From the NCBI GenBank assembly GCA_036444875.1, contig JAZFPY010000157.1:1-26790 (forward strand): DNA of 26,790 nt, in the 5' to 3' direction. Shown here piece by piece: positions 1 to 8,600 of this stretch (positions within the stretch are counted from its first letter, which is position 1; each line of letters begins with the position of its first letter). The translations under genes and the position numbers were made by a program. The stretch comes from Woeseiaceae bacterium. GTDB lineage: Bacteria; Pseudomonadota; Gammaproteobacteria; Steroidobacterales; Woeseiaceae. The notes below the pieces were generated by a model, which ran no database searches, had not been told where the DNA came from, and worked only from the letters and a program-made list of their open reading frames with translations.

Positions 1-1071
1 GTCGGCGCCGGACAACTCGGCCAAATGCTCGGCCTCGCCGGAAAGCGTCTCGACCTGGAATTCACGTATCTTGATCCGGCGCCTGAACCGCCGGCGAGAA
101 TCGTCGGCCCGGTCCTGAAGTTTCCGTTCGACAGCGATGCCGGTCTCGAGCAACTCGCCTCGCTCGTTGATGTGCTTACTTACGAATTCGAAAACGTTCC
201 GGTCGAAGCAATCGAGAAGGTTGCGGACAGAGTGACCGTCTATCCGCCGCCCGAAGCACTCAGACACGCCCAGGACAGGCTGAACGAAAAAAGGCTGTTC
301 GAAGAGCTGGGCATCCCTGTACCTGCTTACGCCACGGTCGACTCGGAACAGGACCTCCGCGCCGTCGTTCGCTTACTCGGCTTGCCGCTGGTCCTGAAGA
401 CGCGTCGGCTGGGCTATGACGGCAAGGGACAACAGGTGATAAGCGACGAATCTGATACCACCACCGCCTCCCAGACGCTCTGCGGCAGGCCACTGATCGC
501 CGAGCAATGGATTGCATTCGATCGGGAAGTCTCGGCGATAGGCGCTCGCAATGTGGACGGCCACATTGCCGTTTATCCGCTAACGGAAAACCGCCACAGT
601 AAAGGTATTTTGAAAACTTGCCGCGCGCCGGACGCATCGCAAAGCATCGCCGATCAGGCAGGACGATACCTGACCAGACTACTCGACCGGTTGAATTATG
701 TCGGCGTGCTTGCGCTGGAGTTCTTCGTAACAGGCGACCAACTCCTGGCAAACGAATTCGCGCCAAGAGTTCACAATTCGGGCCACTGGACGATAGAGGG
801 CGCGGTGACGAGTCAATTCGAAAACCACCTGCGGGCCATTCTCAACATGCCGCCAGGCGACACATCGGCCGTCGCCCATGCCGGCATGATCAACCTGATC
901 GGCACCATGCCTTCGAATTGGACATCGAGCGAAGGCGAGCGCATCCACCTGCATGACTATGGTAAAAAGCCGAAACCGGGCCGAAAACTCGGCCATATCA
1001 CGGTGCTGGCGGACAGCGCCGAAGAACGCGACAGAAAATTAGCCAAAACCAGTAATATACTGACTAATTAA
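1..1071 (+). CDS. purK: N5-carboxyaminoimidazole ribonucleotide synthase (ATP-grasp), 5'-truncated by the window edge
   Basis: The frame is open from base 1 (VGAGQLGQMLG, the PurK GxGQLG start motif), so the gene begins upstream of the ORF-track ATG at 25. Motifs GYDGKGQ, NEFAPRVHNSGH and HDYGK..GRKLGHIT. Confidence 0.95.
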   Translation, partial: VGAGQLGQMLGLAGKRLDLEFTYLDPAPEPPARIVGPVLKFPFDSDAGLEQLASLVDVLTYEFENVPVEAIEKVADRVTVYPPPEALRHAQDRLNEKRLFEELGIPVPAYATVDSEQDLRAVVRLLGLPLVLKTRRLGYDGKGQQVISDESDTTTASQTLCGRPLIAEQWIAFDREVSAIGARNVDGHIAVYPLTENRHSKGILKTCRAPDASQSIADQAGRYLTRLLDRLNYVGVLALEFFVTGDQLLANEFAPRVHNSGHWTIEGAVTSQFENHLRAILNMPPGDTSAVAHAGMINLIGTMPSNWTSSEGERIHLHDYGKKPKPGRKLGHITVLADSAEERDRKLAKTSNILTN

Positions 1072-1080
1072 CAGGGCCCG

Positions 1081-1096
1081 ATGAGGTCGGCCTCAT
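1081..1096. other. Intergenic hairpin after purK (terminator-like or degenerate REP)
   Basis: Perfect inverted repeat ATGAGG-TCGG-CCTCAT, with possible outer pairing GGGC(1074-1077)/GCCC(1098-1101). No clear U-tract. Confidence 0.4.
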
Positions 1097-1195
1097 AGCC
1101 CGAGGCCCCGGAAAGCGGGTAAACTAAAACACTCTGCCAGCGCAATTTGCGGGCGAATAACAAGAAAGGCCTCCAGATTCTGCCAGAAACTTCGA

Positions 1196-2413
1196 ATGTC
1201 TTATTTAGAACACTTCAATCTCCATGAGCAGCCGTTCCGGTTAACGCCGGATCCGGAGTTCGTCTACTGGAGCAAGCAGCACGCCCGCGCCAAGGCGTAC
1301 ATGGAATCGACTATCTGGCTGGCTGACGGTTTTGTCATCATAACCGGTGAGATTGGATCAGGTAAGACCACCTTGCTGCAGGCGTTTCTGGGCGAATTGG
1401 AAGACAACATTGTTTCCGCGGTGGTGTCGCAAACACAGCTCACGCCGACACAGTTTCTGCAGGCCGTGCTGGCAGAGTTCGGTTTCAAGCCGTTCAAGAA
1501 GCGCAAGGCCGAACTGCTCGACATGCTCAACATGTTTCTCATCGAGCAGTATGCAAATGGCAAGAAAGTAATTCTGATTATCGACGAAGCGCAGAACCTG
1601 AGCAAGAAAGTGCTGGAAGAGATTCGCATGCTGTCAGGCATCGAGACACACAAGGAAAAGGTGCTGCGAATTATTCTTGCCGGTCAGCCAGAACTCAAGG
1701 ACACGCTGGATTCGCCGACTCTCAAGCAGCTCGTTCAGCGTGTCAGGTTACGCTTCCATATCGGCCCATTGGACCGCCGGGAGATGCGCGAATATATCGA
1801 ACACCGACTGAAGATTGCGGGCAGAGAACACAACGACCTTGTCGCGGATGATGCGTACGCATCAATTTACCGTTACACCGGTGGCATACCCCGACTGATC
1901 AACACGCTGTGTGATACCGGCCTTTTGGTTGCTTTCGCCGACGACAAGAAAATTGTTGATACCGAGGACATACTACTGGCAGTTGAAGAACTGAACTGGA
2001 CGGAACATGAATTCAAGAACGGCACACCTCAGCCGGTACCACACCTTGTTCCTGACACGACCAAGCCAGGCTATCTCACGCGCATCGAGGTTCGAAGTGA
2101 AGGGAAAATGCTGTCGGAACATCTGTTCGAGGCCGGGCGGATTATTGTCGGCCGATCTCCCGACAACGAGATTTACATCAAGAGCAAGTTCGTCAGCAGA
2201 CATCACGCACAGCTGATCACCGATGACTTCGGTTGCACAATCGAAGACCTCAATAGTACCAACGGCGTATTAATTGGTGAGACCCGTGCCAAGAAGTTTT
2301 TGCTTAAGGACGGCGACGTAGTGTCACTCGGATATCACGAACTCGTCTATACCGATCTTAGAAACTCCGACAACGACGGCAAAGATTCGCTGGCGAACGA
2401 ACGACAGAGATAG
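1196..2413 (+). CDS. ExeA/GspA-like AAA ATPase with a C-terminal FHA domain
   Basis: N-terminus YLEHFNLHEQPFRLTPDP, Walker A GEIGSGKT, Walker B ILIIDEAQ, and GGIPRLINTLCD are typical of the ExeA/GspA family. The C-terminal GR..DNEI..KSKFVSRHHA...DLNSTNG matches the FHA signature. Confidence 0.88.
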   Translation: MSYLEHFNLHEQPFRLTPDPEFVYWSKQHARAKAYMESTIWLADGFVIITGEIGSGKTTLLQAFLGELEDNIVSAVVSQTQLTPTQFLQAVLAEFGFKPFKKRKAELLDMLNMFLIEQYANGKKVILIIDEAQNLSKKVLEEIRMLSGIETHKEKVLRIILAGQPELKDTLDSPTLKQLVQRVRLRFHIGPLDRREMREYIEHRLKIAGREHNDLVADDAYASIYRYTGGIPRLINTLCDTGLLVAFADDKKIVDTEDILLAVEELNWTEHEFKNGTPQPVPHLVPDTTKPGYLTRIEVRSEGKMLSEHLFEAGRIIVGRSPDNEIYIKSKFVSRHHAQLITDDFGCTIEDLNSTNGVLIGETRAKKFLLKDGDVVSLGYHELVYTDLRNSDNDGKDSLANERQR

Positions 2414-2441
2414 CGATGGTGTCGGCGCCCGGATGTTGCGC

Positions 2442-2663
2442 CTACTGGACGTCGTGGCTTTGGCTGGTTCGCCGATGCTGATTGCGATGGTCACGACGCT
2501 TCAGCCAGATGACGAGTCCGGCGACCAGGCACAGGAGACCGACGACAAAACAAATCGTTGGCCAATACCAATGGTTCAAATACATTGAGGCGGCCAGTGA
2601 GATGGCGCCTGCAAGCAAATAGAAATACGGCAGGCTTTCGTAAATTGGTTTGGACACCCACAT
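2442..2663 (-). CDS. Small two-TM membrane protein (73 aa), function unknown
   Basis: Two hydrophobic segments and a basic/His-rich tail. The start MWVSKPIYESLPYFY resembles, from memory, small conserved gammaproteobacterial hypothetical proteins. It is the only sensible ORF here. Confidence 0.75.
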   Translation of the reverse strand: MWVSKPIYESLPYFYLLAGAISLAASMYLNHWYWPTICFVVGLLCLVAGLVIWLKRRDHRNQHRRTSQSHDVQ

Positions 2664-2853
2664 ATCGTGTCGCTTCTCGTGTCAGCTTGAATTTATTTTG
2701 CTTCGCCGCCGCGCATTAGTCCAGCCAATCCCTGTGGCGGGTAAATATCCAGACTGCTTTTCCGGCAGCACGGACGTGCGCAGGCGAACGTATCAAGCTA
2801 TTGATTGGGAAGGGTTATTCGAGTGCTGCGTCCGTGTCTTCCGAATCTCCTGC

Positions 2854-3024
2854 CTACGACCGGCCAAACGTTATCAGACGAATGAACCTGGAAACAATTG
2901 ATTCTGAAAGGCCATCCACGGCCAGATCCGGTTCGAAATCATTGTTGTCATCGCGAAACCCCCGAACAAACTGCTGGGAAGTCGCATCCATATCCTGCTC
3001 TGTTATCGTGTTTTCCAACCCCAT
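2854..3024 (-). CDS. Putative 56-aa small protein, not in the ORF track: MGLENTITEQDMDATSQQFVRGFRDDNNDFEPDLAVDGLSESIVSRFIRLITFGRS
   Basis: Translated by hand from ATG 3024 to TAG 2856-2854. GGAGG lies 10 nt upstream of the ATG, with a -10 element and a CRP-like site further upstream. It occupies otherwise empty intergenic space. Confidence 0.65.
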   Translation of the reverse strand: MGLENTITEQDMDATSQQFVRGFRDDNNDFEPDLAVDGLSESIVSRFIRLITFGRS

Positions 3025-3052
3025 GACTCTCTAACCTCCGTGTAAGAGGCGC

Positions 3053-3095
3053 ACTGTACTAAAGAAAAAATCGGGACACAGTGAAGCGATTCACA
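3053..3095 (-). promoter_or_regulatory. Candidate class II CRP/Vfr/Clp-dependent promoter for the 56-aa ORF
   Basis: The - strand reads TGTGA-ATCGCT-TCACT (3095-3080), a 9/10 match to TGTGA-N6-TCACA. The -10-like TACAGT at 3058-3053 implies +1 near 3046, which centres the site at -41.5. Confidence 0.6.
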
Positions 3096-3142
3096 GAGGA
3101 GGAATCTGTCGTATTACATAAGCTAACATTTGTAGCAGATCG

Positions 3143-3206
3143 ATCGTAGGAACTGTCCGACCGCCATGGATGGCGGGAGTGCAGGTGTTGCAGGAGTATT
3201 CACCTG
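3143..3206 (+). repeat. Copy A of a REP-derived element with two GGA-loop hairpins
   Basis: 59/64 nt identical to the reverse complement of 22163-22226 (hand alignment). Hairpins CCGCCA-TGGA-TGGCGG (3161-3176) and GCAGGTG..TGC-AGGA-GTA..CACCTGC (3181-3207). The GTAGGAAC near its start matches the REP 5' end. Confidence 0.9.
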
Positions 3207-3220
3207 CCCACCGACCTGAT

Positions 3221-4678
3221 CTACCCGGTGCCACCGACAGTCAACTGGTCGATTTTCAAAGTAGGTTGACCGACACCGACCGGCACCGACTGTCCTTCCT
3301 TGCCGCAGGTACCAACACCACTATCGAGTTTGAGATCCGTACCGACCATCGAGATTTGGCCAAGCACAGCAGGACCGTCACCGATGAGCATTGCGCCTTT
3401 GACCGGAGCAGTCAGCTTTCCTTTCTCGATGAGATAAGCCTCGTTCACGGAGAAAACGAATTTGCCAGACGTAATGTCAACCTGGCCGCCGCCGAAGTTC
3501 GGCGCATAAATGCCCTTGTCAACCGAAGCAATGATCTCCTCGGGATCGTGCTTGCCTGCCAACATGTAAGTATTGGTCATGCGCGGCATCGGCATATGTG
3601 CAAAAGACTCGCGGCGGCCATTGCCGGTCGGTGCGACCCCCATCAAGCGTGCATTCAACTTATCCTGCATGTAGCCGCGAAGGATGCCGTTTTCGACCAG
3701 CACGTTGTACTGCCCCTGCGTGCCCTCGTCATCGACGGCAAGCGATCCACGACGATTCGCGAGTGTTCCGTCATCGACAATCGTGCAAAGCTTTGACGCA
3801 ACCTGCTCGCCGATCCGCCCGCTGAAAGCAGAAGTGCCTTTGCGGTTGAAGTCGCCTTCGAGCCCGTGACCGACAGCCTCATGAAGAAGAATGCCTGGCC
3901 AGCCGGGGCCAAGGACTACCGGCATCGTGCCGGCCGGTGCCGGCACTGCCTCCAGCTGCACAACTGCCTGCCGAACGGCGTCCCTCGCGTATTCCATCGG
4001 CAGATCGCTGCCAAGAAAATAATTCAGGTCGGCTCTCGCTCCGCCGCCCGCATAGCCTTGCTCACGGCGTCCGTTTTCCTCGATGATGACGCTGATATTC
4101 AGCCTCACCAGCGGTCGGACATCGGCTGCCAGCGTGCCGTCCGCGGCTGCGATCAAAATGAGATCCTGACTGCTGCTCAGACTGATAATGACCTGCTCGA
4201 TGCGTTTGTCCAGTTCGCGGATCTTTTTGTCAATATCACCGATCAATGCTGTCTTTTGTTGATCCTGGATACTCGTAATCGGGTCGAGTGCGGGGTACAG
4301 GTCCTGCCGTTCGCCGCGCGACCATGCCTGCACGGCCTTCGTCTGACCTTGTCGCGAAATCGCGCGTGCGGCTCCGGCGGCACGTTCGAGAGCGGGCAGC
4401 ATCAGTTCATCGGAATAGGCAAAGCCGGTCTTTTCGCCGCTCACGGCACGGACGCCGACACCCTGATCCAGGTTGAAGCTGCCTGCCTTGATGACGCCGT
4501 CTTCTACCGTCCAGCTTTCCTGGCGGCTAACCTGGAAATACAAATCGGCGATATCGATGTCTCGCCTCATGATGGATCCGAGCGCCCGGCTCAGGTGCCG
4601 CTCCTCAAGCCCTGCGGGTGCCAGCACGCGGGACATAACCGAATCTATCGCATTATCGTTATGGTGCGTGTCTGACAC
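3221..4678 (-). CDS. tldD: TldD metalloprotease subunit
   Basis: HExxxH motif [29 protein letters not shown] and C-terminal [16 protein letters not shown]. Preferred start is GTG 4678 (AAGGA upstream); the ORF is open to TTG 4696. Confidence 0.96.
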   Translation of the reverse strand: MSDTHHNDNAIDSVMSRVLAPAGLEERHLSRALGSIMRRDIDIADLYFQVSRQESWTVEDGVIKAGSFNLDQGVGVRAVSGEKTGFAYSDELMLPALERAAGAARAISRQGQTKAVQAWSRGERQDLYPALDPITSIQDQQKTALIGDIDKKIRELDKRIEQVIISLSSSQDLILIAAADGTLAADVRPLVRLNISVIIEENGRREQGYAGGGARADLNYFLGSDLPMEYARDAVRQAVVQLEAVPAPAGTMPVVLGPGWPGILLHEAVGHGLEGDFNRKGTSAFSGRIGEQVASKLCTIVDDGTLANRRGSLAVDDEGTQGQYNVLVENGILRGYMQDKLNARLMGVAPTGNGRRESFAHMPMPRMTNTYMLAGKHDPEEIIASVDKGIYAPNFGGGQVDITSGKFVFSVNEAYLIEKGKLTAPVKGAMLIGDGPAVLGQISMVGTDLKLDSGVGTCGKEGQSVPVGVGQPTLKIDQLTVGGTG

Positions 4679-4741
4679 TCGTTGTTGTTCCTTCAATTAA
4701 AGCCGCGGTGGCGGCCTGGCTCGTTGTCAATTCATTACTCC

Positions 4742-5596
4742 CTATTTGAACACACGGTGACTGAGCGCGGGAAATTCCCGGCGCAATTCTTGCGGCAGGC
4801 CCGGGTCCAGATCGCTTGTAATGACACAATTACCCTCTGCCGCCTCGGCAAGAATCCGACCCCAGGGATCGATAATCAGCGAATGGCCATAGGTAGTTCT
4901 ACCGTCGCTGTGTTGGCCGAACTGACCGGGTGCAATCACATAGGCGAGATTTTCGATCGCGCGGGCCTTGAGCAAGGTGTGCCAGTGTGCGGTTCCCGTC
5001 ACAAATGTAAATGCTGCCGGAACCGACAATACGACCGCGCCCATCTCGACCAGCTTTCGATACAGTTCCGGAAAACGTAAATCGTAACAGATTGAAAGGC
5101 CCACGCACCCGACAGGTGTATCCTGAACCACGAGCTCGTCGCCTGGCATCATGCTGGCCGACTCCCTGTACCGCTCATCGCGATCCGGCAGGTCGACATC
5201 AAACAAATGAATCTTGCGGTAACAATTCTGCGTATTCCCGTCCGCATCCACGACCAGCGTCGCGCCATAGCAGCGGCCGGGATCCGACGACCTGAGGGGA
5301 ATACTCCCGGAAATGATCCATAATTTGTTGTTGCGCGCCGTATCGGCAAGAAAATCCTGAATCGGGCCTGCTCCCGGCTCTTCGGCATGTTGAAGCTTGT
5401 CTTTACCCCGCGCACCCATGAACGGAAAGTTCTCCGGCAAGACTGCCAGCGCACAACCGTCGGCTGCAGCTTCCGCGAGCAGCCGGGCAGCGAGTTCCAG
5501 GTTTTGATCCAGGTTGTCGCCACTGTTCATTTGCACAGCCGCAACCCGAACCGGTGACGATGGCGATGGCGAATCTTGTTTGCCGTTGTCGGACAC
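4742..5596 (-). CDS. Carbon-nitrogen hydrolase, Nit1/YbeM-like (deaminated glutathione amidase family)
   Basis: E-K-C triad in VLPENF, YRKIHLFDV and ICYDLRFPE, plus TYGHSLIIDPWG. Start GTG 5596 chosen because it lies just after the yhdP stop; the ORF track extends it to 5638. Confidence 0.92.
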   Translation of the reverse strand: MSDNGKQDSPSPSSPVRVAAVQMNSGDNLDQNLELAARLLAEAAADGCALAVLPENFPFMGARGKDKLQHAEEPGAGPIQDFLADTARNNKLWIISGSIPLRSSDPGRCYGATLVVDADGNTQNCYRKIHLFDVDLPDRDERYRESASMMPGDELVVQDTPVGCVGLSICYDLRFPELYRKLVEMGAVVLSVPAAFTFVTGTAHWHTLLKARAIENLAYVIAPGQFGQHSDGRTTYGHSLIIDPWGRILAEAAEGNCVITSDLDPGLPQELRREFPALSHRVFK

Positions 5597-5603
5597 GGAT
5601 TTT

Positions 5604-8600
5604 CTACTCTGCTTGCTGCAGGCAGCCAGCCGCTTCATAGGTTTTCGTGAATTGCTCCGCGTCCGTTACTTCCATCGTCGGCTCGTCAAAGGAACCGCCG
5701 ATGCGGTAGTAGATCTGTCCCATGTCTTGCAAGGGTTTCTTGAATATCTGTGAGAAAATCAACAACGCGGCCGCAACCCCCGGTCCCGCGACCACCGCGC
5801 CCACGATGGGTAGCGTATTGCCCAGACTTGCGCTGACCATCGCGGACTGTTCGTAGTCGCGCGACGCCAGCCCTGCCCGGCCGACGATGCCGATATCTGC
5901 GGCGGGACTTTTTAGTGACAGGTCGCAGGTAAAAGTTTCACCGCTGACGACGCGAAAGTTTCCGGTAATTTCGTCAAACCCGAAACCTTTCCCCAGCACA
6001 TCACGAAAATCCAGCGCCAGGCGCCTGGGCAAGGCGACTACACTCAAGAGACCGAAGACGCGGCCTGCGCCCGGTTCGACTTCGTCGAGTTGTCCGGAGC
6101 CCAGGCGAATGCCGATGTTGCCGTCCAGATGGGCAAGAATATCTTCACGCGGCCCACCCGGCCAGCTCACGTCGATATCGACTTCCATATCCTGGCCGAC
6201 AATGCCCGGCTGATAGTTCAGGCGCGCTGTAGTTTGCTTGATATCTGTGCTTATGAGTTTTGCCGTCAGGTAACTGCGCTGTCCTGCGTCGTCTGCCGGG
6301 TCGACCACCCATCGGCCGACACCACTCAGCTCGAAACTGTCGTCCCTGGACGTAATGCTCACTGCCTCGAGACCGCTCTCTATGCGTATAAATTCGGCCT
6401 CAAGGGCACCGAAATGACGCAGCCCCAACGCGAAGTCCTCGACCTTGATGGAAAGTGGTGGCAGCGTGCGTGGATCGGTCAAGTCGGTATCATCGCGTTC
6501 GACTTCATCTCTCCCCGGCAGAATCAGCCTCGCCATATCAATAACCAGCGACTTGTCGCCCGAGAAGTCGTAGGGCACAACCAGCGAACCGACCGCTCCT
6601 TCACCGTCAAGCTCGATAAGCCATTCTTCGGCACCACGGTCTACCCGGACCCGGTGCCTCGAAAAATGCTGCCCCACCGCATAGAGGTCATCGACAATCA
6701 GATCTATCGACCGTATGCGTTCACCGAGACCGGGCCTGTCAGATTCCTCAGACCGCATGTTCAGCCACTCGTTTAGCCGGACTTCGGGTGTCTCGCCGAC
6801 GATATGCAGTCCCCGGGTCTCCGGTTCCGTCAGTTCTGCACCGCCGACGGCGATAACGCCCCGATCGAAATCCCATTGCTCCTGCTCTTTCAGAAAACTC
6901 ACTGACCATTTGAAGTCTTCAGCGGAACTACCAAATGAGTCAATTCGATCAGACCCGGGGAATTCGATGTGCAATGACAAGGGCCGTGTCTCGCCGGGCG
7001 CTTTTCCGACGGGCACCGGCATTACGACGGCAAGGCCTTCGAGGTTTGTTTCAACCGCAATATGCAGGGGCACCGGCTCCTCTGTCCCGCCACGGGGAAA
7101 CAGGATTCTTGCGCTGTAAGGGGTCGAGCCTCGCAGCCGGCCCGCAACAGGCAGACCAAGTTCCCCGATCAGGCCTTCGCCGGTCACGATGCCTGTCGCC
7201 GACGCGATGATGGAGTATTTTGGCATGTCGTCTGCGGCACGAGCCAGATCAATACTGACCGGCTCGCCAAGAAAGCGTCCTGTCAGCGATTCGGATTGAA
7301 TAATGTCGCGGGTCACCGTGACCAGGCCGCTGAGTTCGGTAAGGGGAGGTGTGAATCCATCGATGCTTAAGCGGCCATTGTTACTGCGAACGCCGACCGT
7401 GAACGCGTAATTCAACTTGTCACCGAGCGGATAGCGCAATTGCAAATCGAACGACGCCTCCCCGTCGACCCGAATACGGTCGAGCTGGCCGCCGAATACA
7501 TTGGCAATCGGACTCTGGATCGACAATTGCCGAATGGTCTCGAGCGTGCCCGTTGCGTAGGCGTCAACCGTTAGTACCGGCTTCCTCAAATCAGCGATTT
7601 CGACTCGTGCGCCCGCCGTCGCGTTGCCAAGAGTTGTCCCATCAGCGTGATTTGAATAAAAGTGCATGTTATCGACGATAATATCCGCATTGACTTGTTC
7701 GACCATGGGCCAGTCTGGGTGATATCTCAGCGCCAGGTCTTCGATCTGTGCCTCGACCCGGAATATCCCTTCTCCACCTTCGAAGGGAAACTTGTCGAGC
7801 GGCCCGGTAAACCGGACCGTACCGCGCGGCACACGGCCGGCAACCAGTGCGTTATTAAACCAGGCGTATAAATTCGCTTTCATCAGTTTGCCGGGCAGAT
7901 ATCGGGGAACTGCCGAGAGGTCGGTGATGTTCCAGTTGCTGACGAAGTCGATCACCGGGGAACCGCCGTTTGCTGGCAGGCTCACCTGCAGGCTGCTGCG
8001 GGTGTCAAGTTCTGCATTTCTGATGCGCACACTGTCCGAGAGAATGATCGTGGTCTCGTTATTCCGGCGCCAGATGACCGTGCCGATTGCATCGTCGAAA
8101 TCGATGGGTTCGGCGAGAAATTCCGGCATATCCAGCCGCAAATCGCTTGTCTCGATCTCGACTCGCCCGCCGGAGCGATCCGCTCGAATCTGACCACTAA
8201 ATCCGCTCACGCCAGGCCACTTGTCCCTTGCCCTGATACCCGCTTCTTCGAGTTCGGCCGACAAGTCGAAACGGACGGATTCAGACTCAAGATCCGCAAG
8301 CCCTAACTCGAATCCATGTACGATGCCGGAAGGCCCGTATGCGTCCAGCATCGATCTTTGTCTTGCCGGCAACCAGGGGCTCAATAGTTTCAAGTTATCG
8401 AGACTTATGAACGACGCGCGGGCATTCATCGCCAGGATCTTGCCCGATGTATCAGTTGTCACATCGACCCGAATAGAGGAATTCGGCCATTCGCCGGCAG
8501 CCGTCTGGAGTCTGAAATTGTCCGCCGCGAGCAACCAGCCCCCCGGATCATGCGAAAACTCGAACCGGCCCTGAATGTCGAAAGACACATTATCGATCGC

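Noticed and set aside
1196-2413. Type II secretion or MSHA pilus locus
   Set aside because: Only the ExeA-like ATPase is present; no secretin, pseudopilin or ExeB gene is in the window.
2650-3034. 83-aa and 77-aa + strand ORFs in the intergenic region
   Set aside because: No RBS and no protein-like composition. The - strand 56-aa ORF has a Shine-Dalgarno and promoter support and is the better explanation.
3170-4675. 208-aa and 269-aa + strand ORFs
   Set aside because: Antisense shadows of tldD with no independent signals. The same applies to the other overlapping ORFs opposite yhdP, holA, leuS, corC and ybeY.
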